This document shows positions 50,297 through 60,947 of a DNA stretch of 64,000 nucleotides, piece after piece. The stretch is from an uncultured Prochlorococcus sp. GTDB lineage: Bacteria; Cyanobacteriota; Cyanobacteriia; PCC-6307; Cyanobiaceae. Within the stretch, counting starts at the first letter, position 1, and each line of letters opens with the position of its first letter. The stretch lies in assembly GCA_902563335.1 (NCBI GenBank), contig CACEWU010000004.1, positions 6,932 through 70,931 of the forward strand. Reading direction: 5' to 3'. The notes under the pieces were generated by a model that saw nothing but the letters and a program-made list of their open reading frames with translations, did no database searches and was not told where the DNA came from. The translations under genes and the position numbers were made by a program.

Positions 50297-53200
50297 ATGT
50301 CTCAAGTCCCAATTACTCCTAAATGGCCCTACTGCGATAGCAGCGCCCCCAATGCCATAACAGGCGAAAAGGACGCATGTGGAGTTGGCTTTATAGCTAA
50401 CGTTCAGTCAAAAAATAGTCATTGGGTTCTGCAACAAGCTCTTCTAGGCCTGAATTGCATGGAACACAGAGGCGGGTGTGGGGGTGATAGTGATTCAGGT
50501 GATGGCGCAGGTTTGCTTTGCGCAATCCCATGGAGCTATTTAAAAAACGTCTGGCATGAAGCGAAAGCTTGTACTCCGACAACAAGCGGACTTGGGATGT
50601 TATTCATGCCTCAGGAAAGCAGTCTTCGCAATGAGGCAAAGAACTTTTGTGAAGAAGAAGCAAAGTTTCTTGGCTTTACATCTCTTGGCTGGAGAGATGT
50701 TCCAGTAAATAATTCCGTGCTGGGACCACTAGCAAGAGAAACCTCTCCAGTTATTCAACAATGGTTAGTACAAAATAATGGTTCAGAAAAGAATCTAGAA
50801 GCACTTTTATTTCAACTAAGAAGACGCATAGGGAAACGCGCCAGACATAGTTGGGGAGACAAATCAAATGAGCTTTATATAGCTTCACTTAGTGGCCGCA
50901 CAGTTGTTTATAAAGGAATGGTGCGCTCAGAAGTTTTATCTGCTTTTTATTCAGATCTCCGAGACACACGTTTTGAAATTTCCTTCGCTGTTTATCACCG
51001 CAGATTTAGTACCAATACCCTTCCTCGATGGCCTCTTGCTCAGCCAATGAGATTGCTTGGGCACAATGGGGAGATTAATACTTTGTTGGGCAACTTAAAT
51101 TGGGCCAGAGCAACCGAGGTCGATCTTAAAAATGTCTGGGGGGAAGCCGCATCAGATCTAAAGCCAGTAGTTAATGCCGACTTCAGTGACTCAGCCAACC
51201 TTGACGCAACATTAGAACTACTAGTCCGAAGTGGGAGGCCAATCACAGATAGCCTTCTGACTCTCGTACCAGAGGCTTTCCGAGATCAACCGGAACTCAA
51301 AGACAAAGAAGAAATTCAGGCCTTTTACGAATATTCAGCATGTACACAAGAGCCTTGGGATGGGCCAGCATTACTTGTCTTTGCAGATGGATCCTGTGTT
51401 GGAGCCACTCTTGATCGCAACGGATTAAGACCTGCTCGCTACTGCATAACCAAAAATGGTTTTGTAGTAATGGGTTCCGAAACAGGAGTAGTCGAGCTTG
51501 AAGAAAGCAACATTATCGAGAAAGGTCGCCTAGGACCTGGACAAATGCTTGCCGTAGATCTTGAGAATGGGCGTCTTCTTCGCAATTGGAATGTCAAAGA
51601 GGAAGTCGCAGGACGACACCCTTATGGAAAATGGATCGAGGAGAATCGAAAAACCCTTATAAATCAACCTTGGGAGGGAAAGCTTCAACTAGGCAGTCTT
51701 GAGTTGCTTCAACAACAAACTGCCTTTGGGTTTTCAGCAGAGGACTTTGATCTAATTATTGAAGCGATGGCAGGGGGAGCAAAAGAGCCAACTTTCTGTA
51801 TGGGTGATGACATCCCTTTGGCAGTTCTTTCAGACAAACCTCATCTTCTTTACGACTATTTCAAACAACGCTTCGCACAAGTTACAAACCCTCCAATTGA
51901 CCCTTTGAGAGAAAAACTTGTAATGAGCCTTGACATGCACTTAGGGAAACGGGGCTCACCTTTAATTCCAAAATCAACTTCAGCTGGAGTTCTCCACCTA
52001 CGAACTCCAATCCTAAATGAAGCGGAGCTCTCAAAACTTAGTGAGCAAGGTCTTCAGACAAAAACATTATCAATACTGCAACCTATAAGCGATGGATCAA
52101 ATGGACTTAAAAAACATCTTCATCAATTATGTCTCCAAGCAGAAAATGCTGTTCTCAATGGAAATGAACTTTTAGTGCTTTCTGACCGGGGAGTTCGCGC
52201 AAGCGATACATATATCCCACCCTTGCTAGCAATTGGCTCAGTTCATCATTACCTACTTAAACAAGGTCTCCGTCTAAAAACCTCTCTTATCGTTGAGACT
52301 GCTCAGTGCTGGAGTACTCACCATTTAGCTTGTTTAATAGGTTTTGGAGCCAGTGCTGTTTGCCCATGGCTGACATGGGAAACAACCAGACACTGGTGGC
52401 ACCAACCTAAGACTCAAAAACTAATTGAAACTGGCAAATTAAAAGCTCTCACAATTGAAGAGGCTCAGGCAAATTTACGAAGAGCTTTAGAAGACGGACT
52501 CAGAAAAATACTTTCCAAAATAGGAATCTCTCTTCTCGCTAGTTATCACGGTGCTCAAATCTTTGAAGCTATAGGTATTGGTGCAGACATAATCGAATTA
52601 GCTTTTAAAGGAACAACTAGCCGTGTTGCTGGAATCAGCCTCAAGGAATTAGCCAGTGAGACATTGACCTTTCATGCAAAAGCATTCCCTGAATTAGATC
52701 GCACAAAACTTGAATTCATGGGTTTTGTGCAATACCGGAATGGTGGCGAATTTCACCTCAATTCCCCAGAGATGTCAAAAGCTCTCCACAAGGCAGTAAA
52801 AGCAGGGCCTGGATATGACCATTTCTCAACTTATCAATCTTTACTGGAAGGCAGGCCTGCTACATCATTGCGTGATCTCCTTAGCTTCCGCAAAGCAATT
52901 TCACCTTTGCCCTTGGAACAAATTGAAAGCGTTGAAAGTATTTGCAAGCGCTTTTGTACTGGTGGAATGAGTCTCGGTGCTCTCTCCAGAGAAGCCCATG
53001 AAGTTCTTGCTATAGCAATGAATCGAATTGGAGGGAAAAGCAATAGTGGTGAAGGAGGTGAAGATCCTGCACGTTTCAAGACCCTTGAAGATGTCAATGA
53101 AAATGGGATATCTGCTAACTTACCTAACATTAAAGGCTTGCAAATAGGTGACACTGCATGTTCAGCAATTAAACAAATTGCATCAGGCAGATTTGGAGTA

Positions 53201-54883
53201 ACTCCAGAATATCTACGAAGTGGAAAACAATTAGAAATTAAAGTTGCGCAAGGTGCGAAGCCTGGAGAAGGAGGTCAGCTACCAGGGTCGAAAGTTGATT
53301 CTTACATCGCAAAACTTCGAAATAGTAAACCTGGAGTCGCCTTAATCTCCCCACCACCTCATCACGACATCTACTCAATTGAAGATTTGGCACAACTAAT
53401 ACATGACCTACATCAAGTACATCCAGCTGCAAAAGTAAGTGTCAAGCTAGTTGCTGAAATAGGCATCGGTACCATTGCAGCTGGTGTCGCTAAAGCTAAT
53501 GCAGATGTAATCCAAATATCAGGCCATGATGGTGGGACAGGAGCGTCTCCTCTAAGTTCAATCAAACATGCTGGAGGGCCATGGGAGCTTGGACTGACAG
53601 AGGTACACCGCTCACTTCTAGAAAATGGTTTAAGAGATAGAGTTTTACTTCGCGCAGATGGCGGATTAAAAACCGGCTGGGATGTTGTTATAGCTGCTTT
53701 ATTAGGTGCCGAAGAATATGGATTCGGATCAGTCGCAATGATTGCTGAGGGGTGCATCATGGCGCGCGTTTGTCATACAAATAATTGCCCTGTAGGTGTT
53801 GCTACTCAACAAGAAAAACTGCGAAAACGCTTTCCAGGAATACCTGAACATGTGGTTAATTTTTTTATTTTTGTAGCAGAAGAAGTTAGGCAAATAATGA
53901 GCATTCTTGGAGTCGCTCAAGTCAACGATCTAATTGGACGAACAGAACTCCTCCAACCTCGAGAGTTAAAACTCACGAAAACTGATTCACTTGATCTTTC
54001 ATGTCTACTAAAGCCAATCGATTCAACAATAGATAGGTCTTGGCTTAAGCATGACAATCAAGCGCATAGCAATGGTCCAATTCTCGAAGACCAACTTCTA
54101 AACGATTCTGAATTCATTACAGCCATAAATAACCATGGATCTATTGAGCGTCGAATTACAATTCAAAATACTGATCGAAGTGTTTGTGCCCGACTTGCAG
54201 GTGAGCTTGCTGCGAAGCATGGCAACAAAGGGTTCAAAGGAAAACTTAACTTGACTTTTCAAGGATCCGCAGGACAAAGCTTTGGGGCATTTGTGCTTAA
54301 CGGAATGAATGTATTACTTGTTGGAGAAGCCAATGACTATGTCGGTAAAGGTATTAATGGTGGGCGAATCACTATCGTGCCTCCACCTAACAATCATGAA
54401 TCCGCAAATCAAGTGATTCTTGGCAATACTTGCCTTTATGGTGCAACTGGTGGAGAACTATTTGCACTTGGTAGGGCAGGCGAACGTTTTGCGGTCCGTA
54501 ATAGTGGTGTCAAAGCCGTAGTAGAAGGAGCTGGAGACCACTGTTGTGAATATATGACAGGAGGAGTAATAGTTATTCTTGGCTCAACTGGACGCAATGT
54601 TGGGGCAGGGATGACAGGAGGAATTACCTTCTTGCTTGATGAAGAGGAAGAGGTTAATTCTCGAGTCAATAAAGAAATTGTGGAGGTATTTAGTCTCTCA
54701 ACGCCTCAACAAGAAGATATTCTCAAGCCCTTATTAATTGCTCATGCAAATCAAACGAATAGTAGCAAAGCTGTCAGAATTATCTCTGACTGGGATAGGC
54801 AAAAACAACTTTTTAAATTACTAGTCCCTCCAAGCGAAAAAAGCAAAGTTGGATTAGAGGTAACTGAGCAAGTTTTTGTCTAA
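50297..54883 (+). CDS. gltB: ferredoxin-dependent glutamate synthase (Fd-GOGAT)
   Basis: The amidotransferase N-terminal Cys context EKDACGVGFIAN is present, along with the FMN/3Fe-4S central domain and a C-terminal GXGXG beta-helix. It is a single large subunit with no NADPH small subunit adjacent. ATG 50297 is preferred over the ORF-track TTG at 50261. Confidence 0.95.
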   Translation: MSQVPITPKWPYCDSSAPNAITGEKDACGVGFIANVQSKNSHWVLQQALLGLNCMEHRGGCGGDSDSGDGAGLLCAIPWSYLKNVWHEAKACTPTTSGLGMLFMPQESSLRNEAKNFCEEEAKFLGFTSLGWRDVPVNNSVLGPLARETSPVIQQWLVQNNGSEKNLEALLFQLRRRIGKRARHSWGDKSNELYIASLSGRTVVYKGMVRSEVLSAFYSDLRDTRFEISFAVYHRRFSTNTLPRWPLAQPMRLLGHNGEINTLLGNLNWARATEVDLKNVWGEAASDLKPVVNADFSDSANLDATLELLVRSGRPITDSLLTLVPEAFRDQPELKDKEEIQAFYEYSACTQEPWDGPALLVFADGSCVGATLDRNGLRPARYCITKNGFVVMGSETGVVELEESNIIEKGRLGPGQMLAVDLENGRLLRNWNVKEEVAGRHPYGKWIEENRKTLINQPWEGKLQLGSLELLQQQTAFGFSAEDFDLIIEAMAGGAKEPTFCMGDDIPLAVLSDKPHLLYDYFKQRFAQVTNPPIDPLREKLVMSLDMHLGKRGSPLIPKSTSAGVLHLRTPILNEAELSKLSEQGLQTKTLSILQPISDGSNGLKKHLHQLCLQAENAVLNGNELLVLSDRGVRASDTYIPPLLAIGSVHHYLLKQGLRLKTSLIVETAQCWSTHHLACLIGFGASAVCPWLTWETTRHWWHQPKTQKLIETGKLKALTIEEAQANLRRALEDGLRKILSKIGISLLASYHGAQIFEAIGIGADIIELAFKGTTSRVAGISLKELASETLTFHAKAFPELDRTKLEFMGFVQYRNGGEFHLNSPEMSKALHKAVKAGPGYDHFSTYQSLLEGRPATSLRDLLSFRKAISPLPLEQIESVESICKRFCTGGMSLGALSREAHEVLAIAMNRIGGKSNSGEGGEDPARFKTLEDVNENGISANLPNIKGLQIGDTACSAIKQIASGRFGVTPEYLRSGKQLEIKVAQGAKPGEGGQLPGSKVDSYIAKLRNSKPGVALISPPPHHDIYSIEDLAQLIHDLHQVHPAAKVSVKLVAEIGIGTIAAGVAKANADVIQISGHDGGTGASPLSSIKHAGGPWELGLTEVHRSLLENGLRDRVLLRADGGLKTGWDVVIAALLGAEEYGFGSVAMIAEGCIMARVCHTNNCPVGVATQQEKLRKRFPGIPEHVVNFFIFVAEEVRQIMSILGVAQVNDLIGRTELLQPRELKLTKTDSLDLSCLLKPIDSTIDRSWLKHDNQAHSNGPILEDQLLNDSEFITAINNHGSIERRITIQNTDRSVCARLAGELAAKHGNKGFKGKLNLTFQGSAGQSFGAFVLNGMNVLLVGEANDYVGKGINGGRITIVPPPNNHESANQVILGNTCLYGATGGELFALGRAGERFAVRNSGVKAVVEGAGDHCCEYMTGGVIVILGSTGRNVGAGMTGGITFLLDEEEEVNSRVNKEIVEVFSLSTPQQEDILKPLLIAHANQTNSSKAVRIISDWDRQKQLFKLLVPPSEKSKVGLEVTEQVFV

Positions 54884-54885
54884 AA

Positions 54886-55194
54886 ATGCCGTGGTTTATA
54901 AAAACAGAACGTTTTAAACAACAAACTCTAAAACTATCACATGCTGAGCGAGAGGTATATCTAGAGTCACACAAAAAATGGGTTGAGAAATTAAAAAACT
55001 CAGGAATAAATATCTCAAGTGGATATCTATTAGACAGCTCACATTTACCTGGAGGAGGCGGACTACTGATATTCCAATCAGAATGCTTTCAATCAGCCAA
55101 GGCTCTTATAGAGACAGATCCAATGATAACGTCTGGCTTAGTTGAGTGGCAGCTCCATGAATGGGTAAGAGTTGCCGGAAAATCCCCTGCATAA
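54886..55194 (+). CDS. YciI-like protein
   Basis: The 102-aa protein starts 2 nt after the gltB stop. Its pattern (H..W...L...G....SG.L ... A..L...DP) resembles the YCII domain. Confidence 0.7.
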   Translation: MPWFIKTERFKQQTLKLSHAEREVYLESHKKWVEKLKNSGINISSGYLLDSSHLPGGGGLLIFQSECFQSAKALIETDPMITSGLVEWQLHEWVRVAGKSPA

Positions 55195-55196
55195 TT

Positions 55197-56066
55197 TCAC
55201 CGTGGATATATTTCCATAAGTCTTTTAACCTCACCTGCATGATAGCTACTTCGAGTCAAAGGTGAACTTATTACTTGAAGAAAACCCATTTCCTTCTCAC
55301 CAACAAGCTGATAATGTTTAAACTGTTCTGGAGAAACAAAACTTTCAACTTTTAGATGTTTAGGCCCAGGAGAAAGATACTGACCAATTGTAATTATATC
55401 CACCTGATTTTTACGTAAATCAGACATTACCTCCAGCACTTCAGAATCTATTTCACCAAGCCCAACCATGAGACCTGACTTTATATATGCCTTCGGCCAA
55501 TTATCATGAACGCACTTTAGCAAAGCCAAAGATCTTTTATATTTTCCTTGTGGCCTAACTCGTTGATAAAGCCTGGGTACAGTCTCGATATTATGATTTA
55601 AAACATTTGGACATGCTTCCATAACTGTATTTAATGCATCCCAATTTCCACAAAAATCAGGAACCAACAATTCTATAGTGGTCATCGGAGAACGTTTGCG
55701 TATTTCACTTATACATTCAACAAATTGACTCGCTCCACCATCTTTTAAATCATCTCGATTAACAGATGTAATAACAACATGACTAAGTTTCATTAAAGAA
55801 ACAGCCTCCCCAAGACGAACAGGCTCAGTCGGGTCCAAAGCTCTTACGCTCTTATCAAAATCAATGTCGCAATAAGGACAGGCACGAGTACATCCTGGGC
55901 CCATAATCAAAAATGTTGCAGTCCCCCCTGAAAAACACTCCCCAATATTGGGGCAACTAGCCTCTTCGCAAACAGTATTTAGATTGAGACCTCTCAACAA
56001 ATTGGAGACTCTCCCAATACGTTCTTTCTGGGGAGCCTTTACGCGTAACCATTGGGGTTTAAGCAA
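55197..56066 (-). CDS. lipA: lipoyl synthase
   Basis: The auxiliary-cluster motif [13 protein letters not shown] and the radical SAM motif CTRACPYC are both present. The start is TTG. Confidence 0.93.
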   Translation of the reverse strand: MLKPQWLRVKAPQKERIGRVSNLLRGLNLNTVCEEASCPNIGECFSGGTATFLIMGPGCTRACPYCDIDFDKSVRALDPTEPVRLGEAVSLMKLSHVVITSVNRDDLKDGGASQFVECISEIRKRSPMTTIELLVPDFCGNWDALNTVMEACPNVLNHNIETVPRLYQRVRPQGKYKRSLALLKCVHDNWPKAYIKSGLMVGLGEIDSEVLEVMSDLRKNQVDIITIGQYLSPGPKHLKVESFVSPEQFKHYQLVGEKEMGFLQVISSPLTRSSYHAGEVKRLMEIYPR

Positions 56067-56150
56067 AGCCTTTAAGTCAACAAAACAACTTTAGGAATGA
56101 TCTTGCAAGTTCAGTTTTTTCTTCAGAAGAATCTTCTAAAGTTCTGCCTG

Positions 56151-56224
56151 CGGGATGTGGCGCAGCTTGGTAGCGCACTTCGTTCGGGACGAAGGGGCCG
56201 CAGGTTCGAATCCTGTCATCCCGA
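56151..56224 (+). tRNA. tRNA-Pro (anticodon CGG)
   Basis: A 74-nt cloverleaf was folded by hand: acceptor CGGGATG/CATCCCG, anticodon arm CTTCG-TTCGGGA-CGAAG, and T arm GCAGG-TTCGAAT-CCTGT. CCA is not encoded. Confidence 0.92.
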
Positions 56225-56237
56225 CTATTCAAAAAAT

Positions 56238-58037
56238 CTACTTAGAAAAGTAGCCGCGGGGATTAATCACCCATCCATCATTGACAAGACTTTGACTATT
56301 GCCAACAAGAACAAGAGTCAGCATGTCAACTGCCTCTATAGGAAGATTCCCTAGCGAATGGATGGTTACAGATTCATCAGCTCTGCCAACTTGACGTGCA
56401 AGAACGACAGGTGTTTCTGGTGAGCGATACTTTAAAAACAATTCCACAGCAAATTTCAATTGCCAATCTCTATCTCGCGATTGTGGGTTATATAAACCAA
56501 TTACAAAATCTCCCTTAACTGCTCCAATCAATCTTTCTTCAATTTTTGACCAAGGTGTTAGACGATCACTAAGGCTGACCGCACAAAAATCATTCATTAG
56601 TGGAGCACCAACACGACTTGCTACGATTTGCATCGCAGAAACACCTGGGTGAATTTCAAGCTGAGGTCGCTCATGCTCTGGCTTAGCCAGCCATAATTCC
56701 AAGGCAAGACCACCCATTCCATAGATCCCAATATCACCAGATGAAATCAAAGAAACTCTTGCTCCTTGACTAGCAAGCGCAAGTGCCTGAGAGCATCTCT
56801 CTTCTTCCTTGGTCAATTGACCAGAGATGCAAACCTGATCAGGTCTCCTTAAAGGTTCTAATAAATCAAGATAAAGGCCATACCCAACCCATACGACACT
56901 TCTTGAGAGTGCAAACCTTGCATCATTTGTTAAGAACGCCAAGTCTCCAGGACCACTACCCACTAAATGCAACTCACCCCGATTTGGAGAGAAAGGTTTA
57001 CTTGCCTCAGCAATGGAAATAGTAAGAGCCCCTTTCTCCTCAATTATTGACTTATATATATGTTTCTCTCTAAGCAATATGCCACCTTCACCTGCCGCAA
57101 GAAGAGCTGCTGCTTCCGACACAGATGCAGTGCCGACCTCCTCGTTAACTACTTCAGAAGGATTCGGCACAGAAACATCTGCTAAATCCTTGGCCGAGAA
57201 AAATCTAATTGGCCATCCTCTTTCCCTCGCAACAGTTAGCAGGGCAACTTCATCAGATTTTCTATCAATGCTCGCAAGCCCTGCAATAGCTTCTTCTGCC
57301 AAGCCTGCATCAGACAATGCTTGCTGCAAAGAACTCTCTATAAGAGTCTGACTAGTATTCCGTTCACAACCGACACCAATCCATAATGTTGCTGGGTGCC
57401 AACAACAATCAGCACTTTGTTGAGAACTAATTTTCAACTGCACTGAGTTGAGAGAAAACCCTTCAGGAATTCCTTTCAAAGAAATATTGGCTGCCTCAGT
57501 CGATTGCCACAATTTCGATCCCGAATGCTGCTCAATCTCTAAACATGCTCCTCGAGCTAGTTGCTGCATCAAATTTTGCCAAGCATTTCTATCCCCACTC
57601 CTTCTCCACCCCCAACCTTCTCCAAAACTATCTACACACAATCGATCACAACTTCTTGCATCCCCAGTAATCACAGCATCTCCTCCTAGATCTTCTGCCA
57701 ACTGCAAAGCCAACTCTTCAGCTCCTCCCTTATGTGCGCCTAAAAGCGGCACAATCTTTAAAGCCTTTGAATCAAGGACAAGCACTGCGGGATCATCTTC
57801 TTTATTTTTAATTAAAGGTGAAATTAAACGGGTAATTGCTCCAAGTGCTCCAACCACAAGCAAGACCCCACCTTTCATCCAATATTTTCGAAGCACCTCC
57901 CCTGCTGGCGCCACCAAAAGATCTTGAGGGCAATTTTTCAAGCTGGAGGCAGCTCCAGGGGTTAGTGCTAACTCTTCAACATGGTTTCGTGATCTAAGCC
58001 TTAGAAGTAGTTGCAATGAGCTAATAGACAGCCCCAA
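56238..58037 (-). CDS. cobalamin biosynthesis CbiG / precorrin-3B C17-methyltransferase (CobJ/CbiH-type) fusion
   Basis: The N-terminal half is CbiG-like ([22 protein letters not shown]). The C-terminal half is a tetrapyrrole methylase ([28 protein letters not shown]). The start is TTG. Confidence 0.85.
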   Translation of the reverse strand: MGLSISSLQLLLRLRSRNHVEELALTPGAASSLKNCPQDLLVAPAGEVLRKYWMKGGVLLVVGALGAITRLISPLIKNKEDDPAVLVLDSKALKIVPLLGAHKGGAEELALQLAEDLGGDAVITGDARSCDRLCVDSFGEGWGWRRSGDRNAWQNLMQQLARGACLEIEQHSGSKLWQSTEAANISLKGIPEGFSLNSVQLKISSQQSADCCWHPATLWIGVGCERNTSQTLIESSLQQALSDAGLAEEAIAGLASIDRKSDEVALLTVARERGWPIRFFSAKDLADVSVPNPSEVVNEEVGTASVSEAAALLAAGEGGILLREKHIYKSIIEEKGALTISIAEASKPFSPNRGELHLVGSGPGDLAFLTNDARFALSRSVVWVGYGLYLDLLEPLRRPDQVCISGQLTKEEERCSQALALASQGARVSLISSGDIGIYGMGGLALELWLAKPEHERPQLEIHPGVSAMQIVASRVGAPLMNDFCAVSLSDRLTPWSKIEERLIGAVKGDFVIGLYNPQSRDRDWQLKFAVELFLKYRSPETPVVLARQVGRADESVTIHSLGNLPIEAVDMLTLVLVGNSQSLVNDGWVINPRGYFSK

Positions 58038-58260
58038 AGCAATTCGTTTAGGAGTGGATGTTGTGGAAATTGTCAGAACCTAGATAAAAAGCATTCACAT
58101 CTCAGCCCCCTGTTAAAAACTGGATTAGAGGCTTGAGTCAAGAAAAATAATAAAGAATGCATTGAGCTTCTTAGCCGATCGAATCAACTTCAGTGAGGAG
58201 TTCATTGCAGTGCAGTCAACATTTAGAAAAGCAAAGAAAGAAAATCCACTATGAACTTTC

Positions 58261-58412
58261 AAAGCCCGTGAACCCATCACTTTCAATACCATGAATAAGC
58301 TCTTTAAGAAAAAAGCTTTTTATTAATTGATCCGATTAAGGCAACGAATTCAATTATTCAATAGATCTAAAAATTTATAAAGAATGATGTTTGGGCTAAA
58401 TTCACGGGCTTT
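58261..58412. repeat. 12-nt GC-rich inverted repeat pair in the cbiG-psaA spacer
   Basis: AAAGCCCGTGAA (58261-58272) is the exact reverse complement of TTCACGGGCTTT (58401-58412). The two arms are separated by 128 nt of AT-rich sequence. Confidence 0.7.
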
Positions 58413-58567
58413 CTGAATACTTCAGGTCCAGACAGAGCAGCCCTCCTATAGAACATTTGTTACTTGCTTCAGTAGTAACTGGCTCTCGCATCTATGCTTA
58501 GCAACAGCGGAGCCCATTTAGGGACCCCATAGCAAGCAATGGGTAACACCATATGCCTGTTATTACG

Positions 58568-58667
58568 CCAAGAGTCAAAGTCATTCATTTGCCTTGAACT
58601 CTTGGGCCCCGACAGCCTTCGGGCCTGTCGCTAGGGTGGCATTCCACCTCGATCCCGTACCTCGAGG
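58568..58667 (+). promoter_or_regulatory. structured GC-rich psaA 5' leader (three consecutive hairpins)
   Basis: Hairpin 1 pairs CCAAGAGT (58568-75) with ACTCTTGG (58598-605). Hairpin 2 pairs CGACAGCC with GG-C-CTGTCG around a TTCG loop (58610-58630). Hairpin 3 pairs CCTCGA (58647-52) with TCGAGG (58662-67), ending 10 nt before the ATG. Confidence 0.5.
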
Positions 58668-58676
58668 AACCTCTCG

Positions 58677-60926
58677 ATGACCATTAGCCCACCAGAACGT
58701 GGGGAGAAAGCTATTTACGATCAACCTGTCGACAGGGACCACGTTCCTGCCGATATAGAAAAAATCGGTGAACCTGGTTTTTGGTCAAATAAGCTTTCCA
58801 AAGGTCCCAAAACCACAACCTGGATTTGGAACCTCCACGCTGACGCTCACGACTTTGAAACCCACATCGGTGATGTGGAAGAGACGAGCCGAAAGATTTT
58901 TTCGGCCCACTTCGGCCATTTGGCTGTTGTCTTTATTTGGATGAGCGGTGCCTTCTTCCACGGTGCACGCTTCTCTAATTACGCCGGTTGGCTTACCGAC
59001 CCTACGCACGTAAAACCTGGTGCGCAGGTGGTATGGCCAATAGTCGGCCAAGAAATAATGAATGGTGATTTGGGTGCCGGTTACAACGGCATGCAAATCA
59101 CCTCTGGCATTTTCCAGATGTGGAGAGCCTGGGGCATTACCAGTGAGACAGAACTAATGGCTTTGGCCATTGGTGCTCTGGTGATGGCTGCATTAGTTCT
59201 CCACGGTGGGATTTACCACTACCACAAGGCTGCACCAAAGCTTGAGTGGTTTAAAAAAATCGAGTCAATGCTCCAGCACCATCAGATTGGTCTGATCGGT
59301 CTTGGATCCATTGGCTGGGGAGGCCACCTCAACCACATTGCCAATCCCACCAACGCACTACTTGATGCGATTGATGCAGGCAACCCGCTTGTCCTTAATG
59401 GCAAAACGATTGCAAGCGTCGCTGACATTCCTCTCCCGCATGAGCTCTACAGCGCAGATCTCGTGGGCCAGATTTATCCTGGTCTTGCCTCTGGCATTGG
59501 GAACTTCTTCAGTCTTAACTGGTGGGCCTTCAGTGATTTCCTTACCAACAATGGTGGAGTAAATCCTGTCACTGGTGGACTTTGGATGACAGATATTGCC
59601 CATCACCATTTGGCTTGGGGCGTATTTGCAATCTTTGGAGGTCATATGTGGCGCAACACCATGGGTGTTGGTCACAGCATGAAGGAAATCATGGATAACG
59701 CTCAGGGCGATCCAATTCTTTTCCCTGCTCCTAAAGGTCACCAAGGAATCTTTGAATTCTTGAGCAACAGCTGGCATGCACAGCTAAGTATCAACCTTGC
59801 ATGTGTTGGTTCTGCAGCCATCATTATTGCGCATCACATGTATGCGTTGCCTCCATATCCTTATTTGTCAATTGATCACGCAACTGTGCTTGGTCTATTT
59901 ACACACCACATGTGGATTGGCGGCTTAATGATTTGCGGAGCAGCAGCTCATGGAGGTATCGCAATCATTCGCGATTACGACCCTGCCACTCATATAGACA
60001 ACGTGCTTGACAGAATTCTGAAAGCACGTGACGCACTCATCAGTCATCTGAACTGGGTTTGCATGTTCATTGGTTTCCATAGCTTTGGGCTTTATATCCA
60101 CAACGACGTGATGCGTTCACTGGGTCGCCCACAAGATATGTTCAGTGATACTGCTATCCAAATTCAGCCAGTCTTTGCACAGTGGGTACAGAACATATGG
60201 AAAGGTTCTGTTGGAACTGCTGATCTTGTTGGAGCAGGAAATCTTCCTGGTGCAGTGAGTGATGCGTTCTCAATGCCTCTGGGAACTGCTGACTTGATGA
60301 TCCACCATGTTCATGCATTCACTATTCACGTAACAGTACTAATCCTTCTTAAAGGTGTGCTTTACGCCAGAAGCTCAAGGCTTATCCCTGATAAGGCACA
60401 GCTGGGATTCCGTTTCCCTTGCGATGGCCCTGGCCGTGGCGGTACATGTCAGGTTTCTTCTTGGGACCACGTGTTCCTTGGCCTTTTCTGGATGTATAAC
60501 TCCATCTCAGTGATCATCTTCTACTTCTCATGGAAGATGCAAAGTGATGTCTGGGGACTTACAGGTGGAAACTTTGCACAAAGCAGTATCACCATTAATG
60601 GATGGTTAAGGGATTTCCTGTGGGCACAGTCTTCTCAGGTACTAACTGGTTATGGCAATGCACTCAGTGGTTACAGCCTCTGGTTCCTTGCTGGACACTT
60701 CCTTTGGGCATTCAGTTTGATGTTCCTGTTCACCGGCCGTGGCTACTGGCAGGAATTGTTTGAATCCATTATTTGGGCTCATAACAAACTGAAAGTTGCT
60801 CCAACCATTCAGCCTCGGGCTTTATCAATTACCCAAGGCCGCGCAGTGGGTGTTACCCACTTCCTCCTAGGCGGTATCGTCACCACCTGGGCTTTCTTCC
60901 ACGCCCGCCTTCTTGGGCTCGGCTGA
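58677..60926 (+). CDS. psaA: photosystem I P700 apoprotein A1
   Basis: The N-terminus is [11 protein letters not shown], and the FX cluster loop [15 protein letters not shown] is present. The length is 749 aa. Confidence 0.98.
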   Translation: MTISPPERGEKAIYDQPVDRDHVPADIEKIGEPGFWSNKLSKGPKTTTWIWNLHADAHDFETHIGDVEETSRKIFSAHFGHLAVVFIWMSGAFFHGARFSNYAGWLTDPTHVKPGAQVVWPIVGQEIMNGDLGAGYNGMQITSGIFQMWRAWGITSETELMALAIGALVMAALVLHGGIYHYHKAAPKLEWFKKIESMLQHHQIGLIGLGSIGWGGHLNHIANPTNALLDAIDAGNPLVLNGKTIASVADIPLPHELYSADLVGQIYPGLASGIGNFFSLNWWAFSDFLTNNGGVNPVTGGLWMTDIAHHHLAWGVFAIFGGHMWRNTMGVGHSMKEIMDNAQGDPILFPAPKGHQGIFEFLSNSWHAQLSINLACVGSAAIIIAHHMYALPPYPYLSIDHATVLGLFTHHMWIGGLMICGAAAHGGIAIIRDYDPATHIDNVLDRILKARDALISHLNWVCMFIGFHSFGLYIHNDVMRSLGRPQDMFSDTAIQIQPVFAQWVQNIWKGSVGTADLVGAGNLPGAVSDAFSMPLGTADLMIHHVHAFTIHVTVLILLKGVLYARSSRLIPDKAQLGFRFPCDGPGRGGTCQVSSWDHVFLGLFWMYNSISVIIFYFSWKMQSDVWGLTGGNFAQSSITINGWLRDFLWAQSSQVLTGYGNALSGYSLWFLAGHFLWAFSLMFLFTGRGYWQELFESIIWAHNKLKVAPTIQPRALSITQGRAVGVTHFLLGGIVTTWAFFHARLLGLG

Positions 60927-60947
60927 CCTTTCCTGACCTTTCCCTAA

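Noticed and set aside
56097-56354. An 85-aa plus-strand ORF.
   Set aside because: It reads straight through the tRNA-Pro gene (56151-56224) and into the antisense of the cbiG/cobJ 3' end, so it is spurious.
58125-58292. A 55-codon minus-strand ORF (MVLKVMGSRALKVHSGFSFFAF...) lies in the cbiG-psaA spacer.
   Set aside because: It has a low-complexity, AT-driven composition, no motif and no SD. One arm of the 12-nt inverted repeat lies inside it, which favours an RNA or DNA element over a coding sequence.
58038-58320. I looked for a cobalamin riboswitch upstream of the cbiG/cobJ fusion on the minus strand.
   Set aside because: No B12-box-like sequence (GCCACTG core) or the conserved GC-rich paired regions are visible. 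The region is AT-rich.
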